Shown piece after piece: positions 10,217 through 22,199 of a DNA stretch of 29,110 bases (position 1 is its first letter; each line of letters begins with the position of its first letter). The position numbers were made by a program, and so were the translations under genes. Source of the stretch: Octopus sinensis (lineage: Eukaryota); assembly GCF_006345805.1 (NCBI RefSeq), contig NW_021833214.1:1-29110 (forward strand), in the 5' to 3' direction. Under the pieces are notes generated by a model. That model made no database searches, had not been told where the DNA came from, and saw only the letters and a list, made by a program, of their open reading frames with translations.

Positions 10217-10280
10217 ATTATTATTATTATTATTATTATTAATTATATATTATTATTATTATTATTGTTGTTGTTGTTGG

Positions 10281-10312
<32 letters not shown>

Positions 10313-10387
10313 GCTGTTGTCGTCGTTGTCGTCATCACCATCATCATCATCATCATCATCATTATTATTATTATTGTGGTGGTGGTC

Positions 10388-10450
<63 letters not shown>
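10217..10450. repeat. Compound (TTA)n/(GTT)n/(CAT)n/(GTA)n microsatellite
   Basis: Seen directly. Confidence 0.95.
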
Positions 10451-10481
10451 AGAAGATGAAGGAGAAGTGGGAGGAGGAGAT

Positions 10482-10640
10482 GGCAGTGTGTTAGCACAAT
10501 TGTTAGTACGCCTGACAAAGAAGCCGTAACGGCACCCCTTCGGGGGTCGATAAAATAAGTACCAGTTGAGCTGTGAGCTGTGAGGTCGATGTAATGGATT
10601 TGCTCCCTCTCTCAAAATTCAGGCCTTGCACATATAAGAG
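10482..10640 (+). mobile_element. SINE family A variant, internally deleted
   Basis: Head-like gttagcacaattgttagtacgcc, then ttcgggggtcgataaaataagtaccagttgag...ggtcgatgtaat. Confidence 0.7.
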
Positions 10641-10651
10641 GAATGATGATT

Positions 10652-10694
<43 letters not shown>

Positions 10695-10765
10695 CCATCA
10701 TAGTCATCTTTAACCTCATCATTGTCTTCATCATCATTGTCATCATCAACATCGGCATAACCATT

Positions 10766-11100
10766 GGGTAAAGACCCCCTTCGGTCATGACTGACCATGG
10801 GATTGCACCTAGAAAGTTACCCTCCTAGACACAAGTCCGGGCAAGGTTGTTTATGGAAGACCAGCAGTCGCCCATGCATACCAGCCTCCCCTCTCCACAC
10901 TACCAGTGTTATCCAAGGGAAAGGCAAAGGGGCCGATACAGCTTGGCACCAGTGACGTCGCAACTCATTTCTACAGCTGAGTGAACTGGAGCAACGTGAA
11001 ATAAAGTGCCTTGCTCAAGAACACAACACGCAGCCCGGTCCGGGATTCGAGCTCACAACCTCACGATCGTAAGCTCGACGCTCTAACCACTGAGCCTTGC
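10766..11100 (-). mobile_element. Full-length tRNA-derived CORE-like SINE with exact 11-bp TSD
   Basis: A box ggctcagtggttagagc, B box gagctcgaatccc, core ttgagcaaggcacttt...cactcagctgtagaaatg. TSD gcataaccatt at 10755-10765 and 11101-11111. Confidence 0.92.
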
Positions 11101-11466
11101 GCATAACCATTAATTGCATAAAAATGAGATGAAATAAAGCTGTTGTCTCTCACGCCGCTTATCAGCAGCCGAAACTGATGCTGCTTAGAAGAACAAAGGG
11201 AAAAATATGTCAGACATTGGCCAGACTCACATCACAAATAAACTATGATATTTCATAGATATGATATGCGTAAAGATATGTCTTAAAGGAAGGAAATATT
11301 TATGACATATGTTTACAGAGAATGAGTGAAAGGGAGAGGAAGAAAGCAAGAGAAAGGAAACGGTAAGAAGCAAGTGTTGATGGAGGGTTTTTTTTTCCTT
11401 AATGAGCAGTAAATGCTAAAGAAAAATACCTAAATGGATATCGAAACTTAATTGCGCAGGTTTAAG

Positions 11467-12030
11467 CGAGGTCTGATCAATAAGTATCCAGACTGTTGCC
11501 ATAGTAACAAAACTAAAGCACGCGAAGTAAAACCGCTTGGCAAAGATTGACCTAGAACTCTTCTGTGCATGCACAGTTTTCATATTCTAGCTCACTTTCC
11601 TTGTTTACAACAGTGCTAGGAAGGAAGGTGTGTAGCGTGTGATCGTCGCGTTGACCATGACAGGGAAAGTTGTCATGGGAATACCTGCTCAGAGGTCTAC
11701 GCAACCTTGCAGAAAGTGTATGGAGAGGAGTGTATGAGTCGCACACAATTGCACGAGTGTTTTAGACGTTTCCAAGAAGACCTAAAAATGTATATGTTGA
11801 CGAACGTTCTGGGAGACCCGCAGCCAGCAGAACAGCGAAAAACATTGCAGATGTGCCTGCAGCTGTGAAGGGAAATCGTCGAATCACCATCCGTGAGTTA
11901 TCAGAGGATGTGCAGAATAGTTACGGTTCAGTTCACTCCATTATCACCGAAGATTTGGGTATGAGACGCGTGATACCAAAACTGCATTCAGCTGACCAAA
12001 ACCTCACTCGGATTTCAGACACACAAGATT
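11467..12030 (+). mobile_element. Mariner-type DNA transposon, 5' portion (TIR plus N-terminal HTH), decayed
   Basis: TIR-like cgaggtctgatcaataagtatcc. Peptides GNTCSEVYATLQKVYGEECMSRTQLHECFRRFQE and DERSGRP..NRRITIRELSEDV..SYGSVHSIITEDLGMRRV.PKL. Confidence 0.88.
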
Positions 12031-12039
12031 TCCTTCATC

Positions 12040-12300
12040 GTATTTATTTTAGTATGTTTTGGGTGGTAGGAGAGTATAGAAGATATTGTTTTGGGTCCAT
12101 TGGTTTGAAGATGTCGGTTTCAATTTCAATATCCATGGACATCACACGCTGGTCGCCTTCAACAATATAACATTTCAAACGCTGAATATATCATAGTGAC
12201 GATCTTTATTCCATTCTTTCTAAATATGGACAGAATGCGATTAGAAACCTCAGTGGTATTACAAATGCTTGGGTAGAACACTCAGTGAGGACGTCGCTGC
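12040..12300 (-). mobile_element. Penelope-like element fragments (RT thumb plus linker)
   Basis: IETDIF-KPMDPKQYLLYS/YHPKHTK (12040-12140) and SNRILSIFRKNGIKIV (~12200-12255), frameshifted. Confidence 0.55.
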
Positions 12301-12959
12301 GTGATCTCATATTCAAAATATAGTTAGGAATAAATGCAAAGATTGTCTTCACTTCAGGACAGAAAATACTTCATCCACCAAAACTACAGACGTTATTCAA
12401 ACTTCAGTAGAACAATGTACCCACAAGAGGGCCCGGTTGCTGAATATAATGGCACACCAGCTCAACCTCCGGGCTAAATCCTAAGCCTGGATTTGTTAGG
12501 GACCGCACCAAAAAAAGAAAAAACACAAGTCGATTAAAGAGAAAAAATATTATTGTTTATAGTGGGACGACCGTCGAGGAACGTCGCAAGGATATTTGAG
12601 AGCCACATGCGGCCTTGATAGCATCAATCTAATCAGTTTTTGACCGGCTTCCGAAGCTTATAGCCACTGTCCTACTAGTGTAACTACATAAATGTGTGTC
12701 GTTGTTTCGCCCTTGGTCTATTGTCATTCTACAGCAATGGTCAACTGTAATCTAGCTATGTCGGTCATTGTCTTCCGTTCACACATACTGTTTGTTGTCA
12801 GTATTACAATATTTATTTGAAACGTATTCCACTCTGCAAAAAGTAGGATAGGATTTGAGGGACATTTTGGGACTATTCTAACAAATCTAACAACCGGGTA
12901 AAAATTCCTTTCCTTCTTTTTGGCTGTAGAGAGAAATTTGAATGGTTTTTAGACGTTTT

Positions 12960-13952
12960 ATTGTTGCTGTGGTTGTTGTTCTTATTGTTGACAGCGGTGG
13001 TAGTGATGGTGATGATAATGGTGGTGGTGATGTGGTGAGAGGCATACGTTGTGTTGGTGGTGGCGTATGTGGTGGTACTCGTTGCGGTGGATGTGTTTGT
13101 AGTAGTGGTGATGATGGTCATGGCAGTGGTGATTGTGGGGGTGGTGATGGTTTGTTGTTGTTGTTGTTAGTGGTGGTGGTAGTGGTTGTAGTGGTGGTAG
13201 TGGTTGTAGTGGTGGTGGTGGTTGTGGTGGTGGTGGTGGTTGTGGTGGTGGTGGTGGTGGTGGTGGTGGTGGTGTTGGCTATGCTGGTTTTGTTGTTGGT
13301 GGTGGTGGTGATTGTGGTGGTGATGGTGGTGATTGTGGTTGTGGTAGTGATGATGGTGGTGGAGGTAGTGGTGATGGTTAGTGGTGGTGTTGGTGGTGTT
13401 GGTGGTGATGTCGGTGGTGGTGGCTGTGATGTAAGTGGCTATCGTGGTGGTGTTGTTGTTGTTGTTGTTGGTGGTGGTGGTGATGATGATGATGGTGATT
13501 GTGGTGGTGGTGGTGGTGGTGGTGGTGTGGTGGTGGTGGTAAAGCTGATGGTACCATTGTGTGCAAGGGCAGTGTAGTCGGTAGTGATGGTAGAAGTAGT
13601 GGTTGATGTGGAGGCGATGGTGTTGATTACGGTAGCGGTGGATGTGCTGATAGTGATGACATTGTTTGTGGTGGTGGTGGTGGTGGTGGTGGTGTGATGA
13701 TGATGTTTTCTATATTTTCATTAGAATGCTATAATTTGATGGAGCGTTCGAAAGTATTGCTTCAGTCGGAAGTGGTCTGGTCTGGGGAATAAAATGCTTA
13801 ATATCAGAGTTGATGATTGGTGGTGGTGGTGGGGGGGAGTGGCTGGAAGTGTTGGAGGGGTTTAGGGGTGGGGGTGTGATGCAGATGAAATGTTCGGAGC
13901 AAAGAGTATGTAGAGGAGCACCAAAAGGGTTAATATAATACAAACAATATTG

Positions 13953-14002
<50 letters not shown>

Positions 14003-14217
14003 GATAATAACGATAATAATAATAATGATAATAATAATAATAAAAATAATGATAATAATAATAATTCTAGTAATGAGGATGACGACGACCATAATGAAGG
14101 TGACGATGGTGACAACAATGATGATGATGATGATTATAATGATGATAGACAACGATGAGTAAAGGACGATGGCGTTGATGAGGATGGTGATGATGATGGT
14201 GGTGGTGGTGGTGGAGG

Positions 14218-14260
<43 letters not shown>

Positions 14261-14420
14261 CGTGACAATGATGATGCTGATGATGATGGTGATGGTGATG
14301 ATGATAATGATGATAATGATGATAATGATGGAGATGATGATAATGATTACGATGATGATGATGATGATAATGATGTTGAGGGCCTGATGATGATGATGAA
14401 CCGATAATAATAACAATAAT
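12960..14420. repeat. Large trinucleotide low-complexity block (GGT/GTT/GAT, then AAT/GAT)
   Basis: Seen directly; the long poly-V/I/M ORFs are its translation. Confidence 0.95.
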
Positions 14421-14719
14421 AATTGAAAAAAAAAAGGAGCATAATAAAAAATATGGTGTCGGAAGGACAACCGATGAAATGTAGGGGTCGGAGAGGAGAT
14501 GATGATATTATAAAGGGACAGAATAGGGTTGGGGAAGAGACTGGGAAATGAGAGAAAGGATAATGGTCTCTGTGGAATGGTGCCATAGTTAAGTTATTCC
14601 TCTTGGACGACACAGAAATACGTCTCCAAAATGTCGGCAAAAATTTTTAGAAAAAAATAACTAATCACAACACAATTTTTGTTTTTTTTGTTTCGCTGTC
14701 AACATCATCTTAATGTTGA

Positions 14720-14769
14720 TTATGTATGGATGTAGATATTTGGATGCGTATTTGTGCATGTGTCTGCGT

Positions 14770-14834
<65 letters not shown>

Positions 14835-14844
14835 TATATATATA

Positions 14845-14877
<33 letters not shown>

Positions 14878-15168
14878 ATAATATATATATGTATATGTAT
14901 ATATGTATGTATATGTGTGCATGTATATATGTATGTATAGGTGTGCATGTATATATATATATATGTATATGTATGTATATATGTACATATACATGTATGC
15001 ATATATGGATGCAAGTATTTGTATGCGAATTTGTGCATGTGTCAGGTTAAGTATATATACATATATATATATATATATATACATATGTAGATCTATGTAT
15101 ATGCACAAACACATATATGTATGTATATAAATATATATATATATGTATATATATATATATTATATATA

Positions 15169-15211
<43 letters not shown>

Positions 15212-15688
15212 GAACATACATACATACTAATGTGCATTTGTACAAGATATCTAAGCATATATAGGGATATGTATAACTATATATATATGCATATATATGC
15301 ATATATACATATAATTATACACACACATTTTTTTTATATACACGTGTGTGTGTTTGTGTGTTTGCATGTGTATATGAGAGAGTCGGGGGGGGAGGAAGAG
15401 AAGCAGTTTGGTCATTTCTCATTTGGTCATTTGCATTCTGAGGAAAATCATTGAAATTAATAAAATATGGATGAATATAAAGAGGGTTTGAGAACTTCAC
15501 CGTGCATGCATTTACATGATGTATTAGAGGCATAACTGTCAGTATACACCCTCCCAACTAGCATCGCAGCATCGCACATATACACAGAGATACGTGTATG
15601 TATATATGTACGGAGTGTACATGTACGTACGTATATACACATGTATGTATATATCATGTATGTTACATGTGTATGTGTGTACATATAT

Positions 15689-15719
<31 letters not shown>

Positions 15720-15880
15720 TTCTTTATATGTATGCACGCATTTATGTGCATGCGTGTATACATGCATTATGATATGTGTAGGTATATAAGTATTAAATAT
15801 ATATTCATTTCATGAAACTGATATACGTTCAGAAATATTCATAGAATAGAACATACATATACATACATACATACATATAT

Positions 15881-15928
<48 letters not shown>

Positions 15929-16119
15929 TATATAATATATACATATATATAATATATAGATAGATATAGATATATGTATACATATATATAAATAAATAGA
16001 AATATATATATACATGTATATATGTCTTCATCTATTTTTCTGTAAATTTCAACTATATATATGTGTGTGTGTATGTATCTATGAATATTTGTGTATGTTT
16101 ATGTATCTATGAATATATC

Positions 16120-16156
<37 letters not shown>

Positions 16157-16791
16157 CTATAATACACACTCTATAACAATATATATTCACATATACGTAC
16201 GAGAACGTATAAATTTATATGTGTGGTGTGTGTGTATGGGTGTATATGTGTATGTCTAGGTGTGTGTGTGTGTGTGTGATTTGTCTGACTGTAGATTCGC
16301 ATACTTGCATATACATATACATCTATACTTATATTTACATTTACCTCTACTTACGTATCTATATACCGGACTACAAAGAAATGGTTACACGTTCGGACCC
16401 ATAGAAATTCAATTGATTAATAAATACATACATAGCGATTGTGAACAAACCCTACCGCAAGTATGTGTGTGTGTATGTGTGTATGTGTATGTGTGTGTGT
16501 GTGTGTATATGTGTGTATGTGTATCTAAGGTAGCTTGTGTCTCCGTGTGTGTTTCTGTGTGACTATATGCACATGATTGCGTAAATGTCACTATGCTTGT
16601 ATGTGTATGCTTATATGTAAATATATACGAGTGTGTGTATGCATGTCTGGAGATACAGAATACATTTAGAGGCACAGACACATACATACACACACATATA
16701 CACGTATAGACGCACACATTTGCATTCATGTAATATATATTTATATGTTCGTCACTGTATATATATATATATATATACAGTGACGAACATA

Positions 16792-16825
<34 letters not shown>

Positions 16826-17016
16826 ATATATATATATAGTGTGTGTGTGTGTATGTATATGTATATGTATATATTCATATATATACCTATATCTATATGT
16901 TATGTATATATATATAATAATATATATATAATATATATATCTATATAGTGTGTGTGTGTGTAGTGTGTATGTGGTGTATGTATATTAATATATCTATATA
17001 TCCATATATATATGTG

Positions 17017-17057
<41 letters not shown>

Positions 17058-17356
17058 TGACGAACATATTCATATGTGTATATATATATATATGTATATG
17101 TATAGTATATATATCATATATATATTATATATAATATATATATGTGTGGTGTGTGTGTGTGTGTATATATATATATGTATGTGCGTGTGAGTGTGTATAG
17201 TATGTGTTGATGTTAATCAATTTGTAGGAGAAAAGCAAGATGTTTACTTGTGTAACTTTGTACCGTCAGTAGATTCAAAGATATATTAATCACGTGATAC
17301 ACACGCACACACACTTATACACATGTGCGTGCGTGTGCGTTTGCTGTTTGTTTGTT

Positions 17357-17420
<64 letters not shown>
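14720..17420. repeat. ~2.7-kb compound TA/TG/TATG microsatellite field with short unique inserts
   Basis: Seen directly. Confidence 0.92.
16743..16792. repeat. Perfect 50-bp palindrome centred on (TA)10
   Basis: atatgttcgtcactg-(ta)10-cagtgacgaacatat; the right arm recurs at 17055-17075. Confidence 0.9.
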
Positions 17421-17422
<2 letters not shown>

Positions 17423-17581
17423 CATCGGTGTACGTATTGCATGCTGGTGCGAATGCAAACCATTCATTCAACGTACGCGGAACGCTGACCCAATAAACGT
17501 GTACAATAGTGATATTTGTAAGAATACAAATGTTCATAGAAAGTTGCACAAATATATATATAGATTGATTGATAGAGGGAG

Positions 17582-17720
<139 letters not shown>

Positions 17721-17946
17721 TGTATAAAATACCATTATAAGGGCTCAGAAGCAATCATGCCTATATGCTGAAAATAGACAGCAAATACGTCTGGTAACTC
17801 AAAATCTGCCCTTTACACTATACACAGGGTGTGCCCTTAATTATATTTTTATCCTATACAATTATATTCTATACAACTATATATGAAGTTTACCTAAAAG
17901 CGTCTTTCTGATAAAATTCATTAATTTTAATGATTTTATCCTTTAG

Positions 17947-18340
17947 CAACAACAACTGCCAGCATGGTGGACGAACAGACATACATAGGAGAGTACAAGA
18001 ACTATACCTTCCCCCACATTTTTTCTCAGATCTTAGGACAGTAACAGCAAAATGGGGTGGGAAGTTGGGGCTGAGGGGAAGGCCACACTGCTGCTAAAAT
18101 CTATGGCACACACACACACACACACACACACACAAGCATACCAGAATAATGTTATGCCACTCCGAAATCTGATAATGACAGGTATCGTATATATACCTGG
18201 CAAAAGTAGAAGACACACACAGAAGCGTAAACCATTAATCCAATGAAGAAAGAAACTACAGTGCTATCGAAGAACCATCTAGACACTCTACAGACTAAAA
18301 ATAAGATGGCTGCTGTTCTATGCATTAAACAAAAGAGACC
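17947..18340 (+). mobile_element. Possible highly decayed LINE APE endonuclease remnant
   Basis: Across frameshifts, ATTTASMVDE resembles YAPTNAS..E, ILG.NSKMG resembles ILGDFNAKVG, and YTW follows, in the expected order. Similarity is weak. Confidence 0.3.
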
Positions 18341-18359
18341 GAAATTGAAACACACTTAG

Positions 18360-18710
18360 GTACTTTTATGTACCATCTTTATCTAGTTCTTTGTTCGTGA
18401 TGTCAATATTAAGGTTTAGGTTTGTCGGTTTTTACAAGTTTTCCTGTCCTGAATGTGGCTAAGGAACATTTATCGATTCTAAACCCTACATTTAATACGG
18501 CTGCTGATGATATTAATGAGAAGAAGACCCGTTTATTGGTTGTCGTTCTTATAAAACGTCTTGACACGGACATTGTAGAACAGGTGATTCGGTTTATCAT
18601 TCTGTGAATTGTACCCGTAAGCCATTGTTACTTAATAGATTTATGAATGAAGCCAGTAGAAGACTGAAGAATAAGGGTGAAAGTGAGTCCCCTTGATGTA
18701 CCCTGCTTCT
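18360..18710 (-). mobile_element. RLE-type (R4-like) LINE reverse transcriptase fragment
   Basis: QGDSLSPLFF, NHLFY, GFRIDKCSLATFRTGKLVKT and KELD...KYL in order, with frameshifts. Confidence 0.8.
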
Positions 18711-18773
18711 TAGCCACTTTGATATTAAAGACCTATTAATATATTAATGCACACATGTCCACACACGAACACG

Positions 18774-18808
<35 letters not shown>

Positions 18809-18842
18809 GCAAATGCAGAGCAAGAAAGAAGATATTCACACA

Positions 18843-18911
18843 CACAAGGGGATCGAACCCGGAACCATATGGTCTCGAAACAATTCACTTAGCTACTCAG
18901 CGATGTCTGCC
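18843..18911 (-). mobile_element. tRNA-derived SINE head
   Basis: Minus strand gctgagtagctaagt (A-box-like)...catatggttccgggttcgatcccc (B box), similar to the family B head. Confidence 0.65.
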
Positions 18912-19202
18912 TTCATAATTTACTTCCGTCTTTTTACTTTTGCAAGATTACAAAAGAAATTTTGGAATTCTTAAACGTCTTGTATGAAAGTTCCAACGCA
19001 ATTAAGAAATCTGCATTACCATAATGTTTTGTTTCTGGTTCTCTAAAGACTCTTATCAAGTCTATTGTGCAATGGAACCGATCATGCGACCACCAGACCT
19101 GCAGATAATGGACTGTATATTTATTATTATACGGTACCACTCTAACCAGATTTCTAGGCCTATCAATAAACATTTCATATTCTGTACCGATAAATATTTA
19201 GA

Positions 19203-19349
19203 CAGATGGCGCCACTCATCTTGTCTTTTCTTCCATATTATTTATCATAATCAGTTTATGTAACAAGATTTTTCGTTTGCATATCAGAAGCAAATTATTA
19301 TCAACTTACAGACTATCGAAATAATATGGTGCAAACTAACAAGATGGCG
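19203..19349. promoter_or_regulatory. CTCF-like and YY1-like motifs in unique DNA
   Basis: CAGATGGCGCCAC (19203-15) and AAGATGGCG (19341-49); motif match only. Confidence 0.2.
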
Positions 19350-19888
19350 ACGGGAAAGCACACAAGCCAAATAAATAAAAGCAATAATTAGAAAATAAAA
19401 TAGTTTCTGCTAACGACAGCCATAGGAGTTACTGCAATGATTGTTATTTTTTGCCCTGAAGTGAACCATAGTCAAGCAGGACTATGGTAGAAAGAATTAA
19501 ATATAGGGTGCGACTGGGAAAAATTCCAATATTTTAAACGGCGATTGGTATATTGCTAACGATGTTGGGCGGGTGATAATATTAGTCAATATTTTATCGC
19601 TTTTTACTGGTTATTTTCATGGTTAGGACCCATGCACGATGTTTCCAACATATCTATGATAAATATATCTATGTCTAATATATCTTTGACAAATACGCTG
19701 ACAAACAATTAGAAGTAGAATGATATTAATTTTTCAGCAAATTTCATCCTCTTGGAGGAAAAAAGAAATAAAACCAACCAGCCCCATGAGGTCCTGATTA
19801 CCTTAACAAGATGGTATATTATTTCTAAACATATAAACAAGCAAACCCTCGACCAATTCGAAGGGAGATTTGCCGATACGAACATAAT

Positions 19889-20040
19889 AATGTGTTTTAA
19901 ATTTTGGTACAAGGCCGGCAATGTCGGGGTGGGGGTAAGTCGATTACATCTACTCCAGTGTTCGACTGGCACTTATTTTATCTAACCCGGAAAAATAAAA
20001 GGCGAAGTCGATCTTGACATAGTTGGAATTCAAAACGCAA
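19889..20040 (-). mobile_element. SINE family A 3' part, diverged
   Basis: aattttggtacaaggcc...gtcgattacatc..ccagtg..ctggcacttatttta..aaaggcgaagtcga resembles 8905-8990. Confidence 0.65.
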
Positions 20041-20063
20041 AGATGGACGAAATGCCACAAAGC

Positions 20064-20141
20064 ATAATTGACATCTATCATAAACCAACGGACTCGAAGC
20101 AATATCTCCTTTTTAGCTCATGCCATCCGATATACATCAAA
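20064..20141 (+). mobile_element. Penelope-like RT thumb fragment
   Basis: IIDIYHKPTDSKQYLLFSSCHP, a characteristic PLE RT thumb motif. Confidence 0.8.
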
Positions 20142-20319
20142 GAAGCCTGTCTTATATATATGTATACATATATATGCATGTGTGTGTATATGTTTGTGTG
20201 TCTGTGTTTGTCCACCCAACATCGCTTCACAACCGATGCTGGTGTTTTTACGTACCCGTAACTTAGCGGCTCGGCAAAATATACCGATAGAATAAGTACT
20301 AGGCTTACAAAGAATAAGT
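20139..20319 (+). mobile_element. SINE family B, middle fragment
   Basis: aagaagcc-TA/TG microsatellite-caacatcgctt.acaaccgatgctggtgt...ttagcgg.tcggc...agaataagtactaggcttacaaagaataagt. Confidence 0.85.
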
Positions 20320-20320
20320 G

Positions 20321-21089
20321 CAGTATTGCGATTGGTACTTGGTACGATGTGTAGAAGATTTGCACACTTTCCAACAAAGATTGTGTGGAGTGATGAGGCC
20401 ACATTCAAATTAAATGGTTCAATTAACCGCTACAATTGCACCTATTGGGGACCTGAGAATCCGTATGTTATAGTGGAACACCATGTTAATCTACCAGGAG
20501 TTACAGCGTGGTGTGGCTTATAATAAAGAGGATTAATTGGACCATTCATTTTGACTCGACTGTGACTGGTACCGTTTACTTGAACTTGCAACAGTCTGTC
20601 ATGCCAAGCATTAGAGAAGACTCTGAAGATGAGTTTATATTTTCAGCAAGATGGGGGACAGCCACACTCCCATCGCGATGTTAGATCCTTCCTTGATGAG
20701 ATCTTGCTAAACAGATGGATTAGATGAAAGGTGTTCATTGAATACCTTCCACATTCACCAGATTCAACACCACTAAGCATTTTTTAATGGGGATACCTAA
20801 AAGACAAAGTCTACGCTGTGAAACTAGCAACAGTCGCTGATTTGAGAGCAGCCATTGAACGAGAATGCACACAAATACTTTAAAAAATGTTTCGTGATGT
20901 TTGCGATTCCATTGCTTCGCGTTGTCAGCAGTGCCTGGACCAGACGGGACATCAGTTTGAAAACAGGCGTTGGCAAAACAATAAAACAATGTCTGTAGAT
21001 TCTATTAAGTTTTGAAAATGAAATGTTTTTTTAATAAACACCTACTTTACAATTATTAAAGCGTGTATACATTTTGGGGGGACACCTTG
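20321..21089 (+). mobile_element. Tc1/mariner superfamily transposon (maT/DD37D-like), 5'-truncated pseudo-transposase plus 3' TIR
   Basis: [33 protein letters not shown] and PD.TPL..F*WGYLKDKVY with stops and frameshifts; ends ggggacaccttg|TA. Confidence 0.9.
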
Positions 21090-21172
21090 TATATATCGCA
21101 GCGTGGAAGGTGTTTACAAGGCATTTAAAAACAAACAAAAACCGTTAGATTCACTTCAACATTTAAATTTAA

Positions 21173-21223
21173 TTTGCCAAAATATTTTCGTCGTTTTGAG
21201 ACCGCGACCGGTTCACTGACAAA
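21173..21223 (-). ncRNA. Atypical hammerhead-like fold (PLE-LTR-like)
   Basis: UUUGU-CAGUGAACCG-GUCG(loop)CGAC-GAAAAUAUUUU-GGCAAA: type I topology with palindromic stem III, but a non-canonical 5' core. Confidence 0.3.
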
Positions 21224-21263
21224 GTTTGGGGTTGCATCTCGTGCTATATATATATACATACAT

Positions 21264-21296
<33 letters not shown>

Positions 21297-21304
21297 ATAT
21301 ATAT

Positions 21305-21384
<80 letters not shown>

Positions 21385-21422
21385 ATATGTATGTATGTAT
21401 GAGTATATATTATATATATATA

Positions 21423-21780
21423 GGCGCAGGAGTAGCCGCATGGTTCCGGATTCACTCCCACTGAGTAGCATTTTGGGCAAGTGTCTTCTGCTATACTCTC
21501 GGGCCGAGCAAAGCCTTGTGAGTGGATTTGGTAGACGGAAATCGGAAGTTGCCCGTCCTATATATATGTGTGTGTGTATGTGTGTGTGTCTGTCTGTTTG
21601 TTCTTCTAACATCGCTTGACAACCGATGTTGGTGTGCTTACGTCCTCGTAACTTAGCGGTTCGGCAAAAAAGACCGATAGAATGAGCACAAGGTTTACAA
21701 AGAATAAGTCCTGGGGTCGATTTGTTCGACTAAAGGTGGTACTCCAGCAGTCAAATAACTGAAACAAATAAAAGAAGAAA
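21423..21780 (+). mobile_element. SINE family B, near full length (head deletion)
   Basis: ggcgcaggagt..gcatggttccggattcactcccactg, core ttgggcaagtgtcttct, gagtggatttggtagacggaaa, internal TA/TG microsatellite, tail to gaaacaaataaaagaa. Confidence 0.9.
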
Positions 21781-21844
21781 CAGAATATATATATATAAAT
21801 AATAAAATAAAATGTACATAAATATGCATACACTCACTTATATA

Positions 21845-21883
<39 letters not shown>

Positions 21884-22199
21884 GAGAGATGTGGAGAGAA
21901 AGAGAGAGTTGTGTGTGTGTCTATATGGATATATGTATGCATGTGCCTATGTGTGTATATGTTCCACGTACGCGCACTCTCTTCTAGACACAACTATACA
22001 TCCATGCACACATAGACATACACACCCAGGCAGACAGTTACACACATGCAGTACAACGTATATCGCTAGATTGTGATTACATTACATTAGCTGTGTTGGT
22101 CGTTTATGTCGGTCAATTCACACAATGGAACAACCAGTGATAAAACATATTTCTGTGAGAGATAAGAAACCCTGTTTTTAAACAGTGTAAATCTGTTAG

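Noticed and set aside
11030-11100. tRNA gene (also 6057, 18843, 22731, 23244)
   Set aside because: A/B boxes continue into SINE core and tail, there is no complete cloverleaf, and the 10.8-kb copy has a TSD.
12942-14470. 200-aa poly-V/poly-I ORFs
   Set aside because: Trinucleotide microsatellite translation.
15438-15465. CUGAGGA..GAAA-UUAAU-A hammerhead-like match
   Set aside because: Stems I and II are only 2 bp; expected by chance in AT-rich DNA.
17947-18040. Exon-like segment after a good acceptor (tcctttag)
   Set aside because: Better explained as decayed LINE APE motifs; no frame identifiable as a host protein. Not fully excluded.
18664-18690. CUGAAGA...GAAA motif
   Set aside because: Antisense of the RT QGDSLSPLFF codons; no stems.
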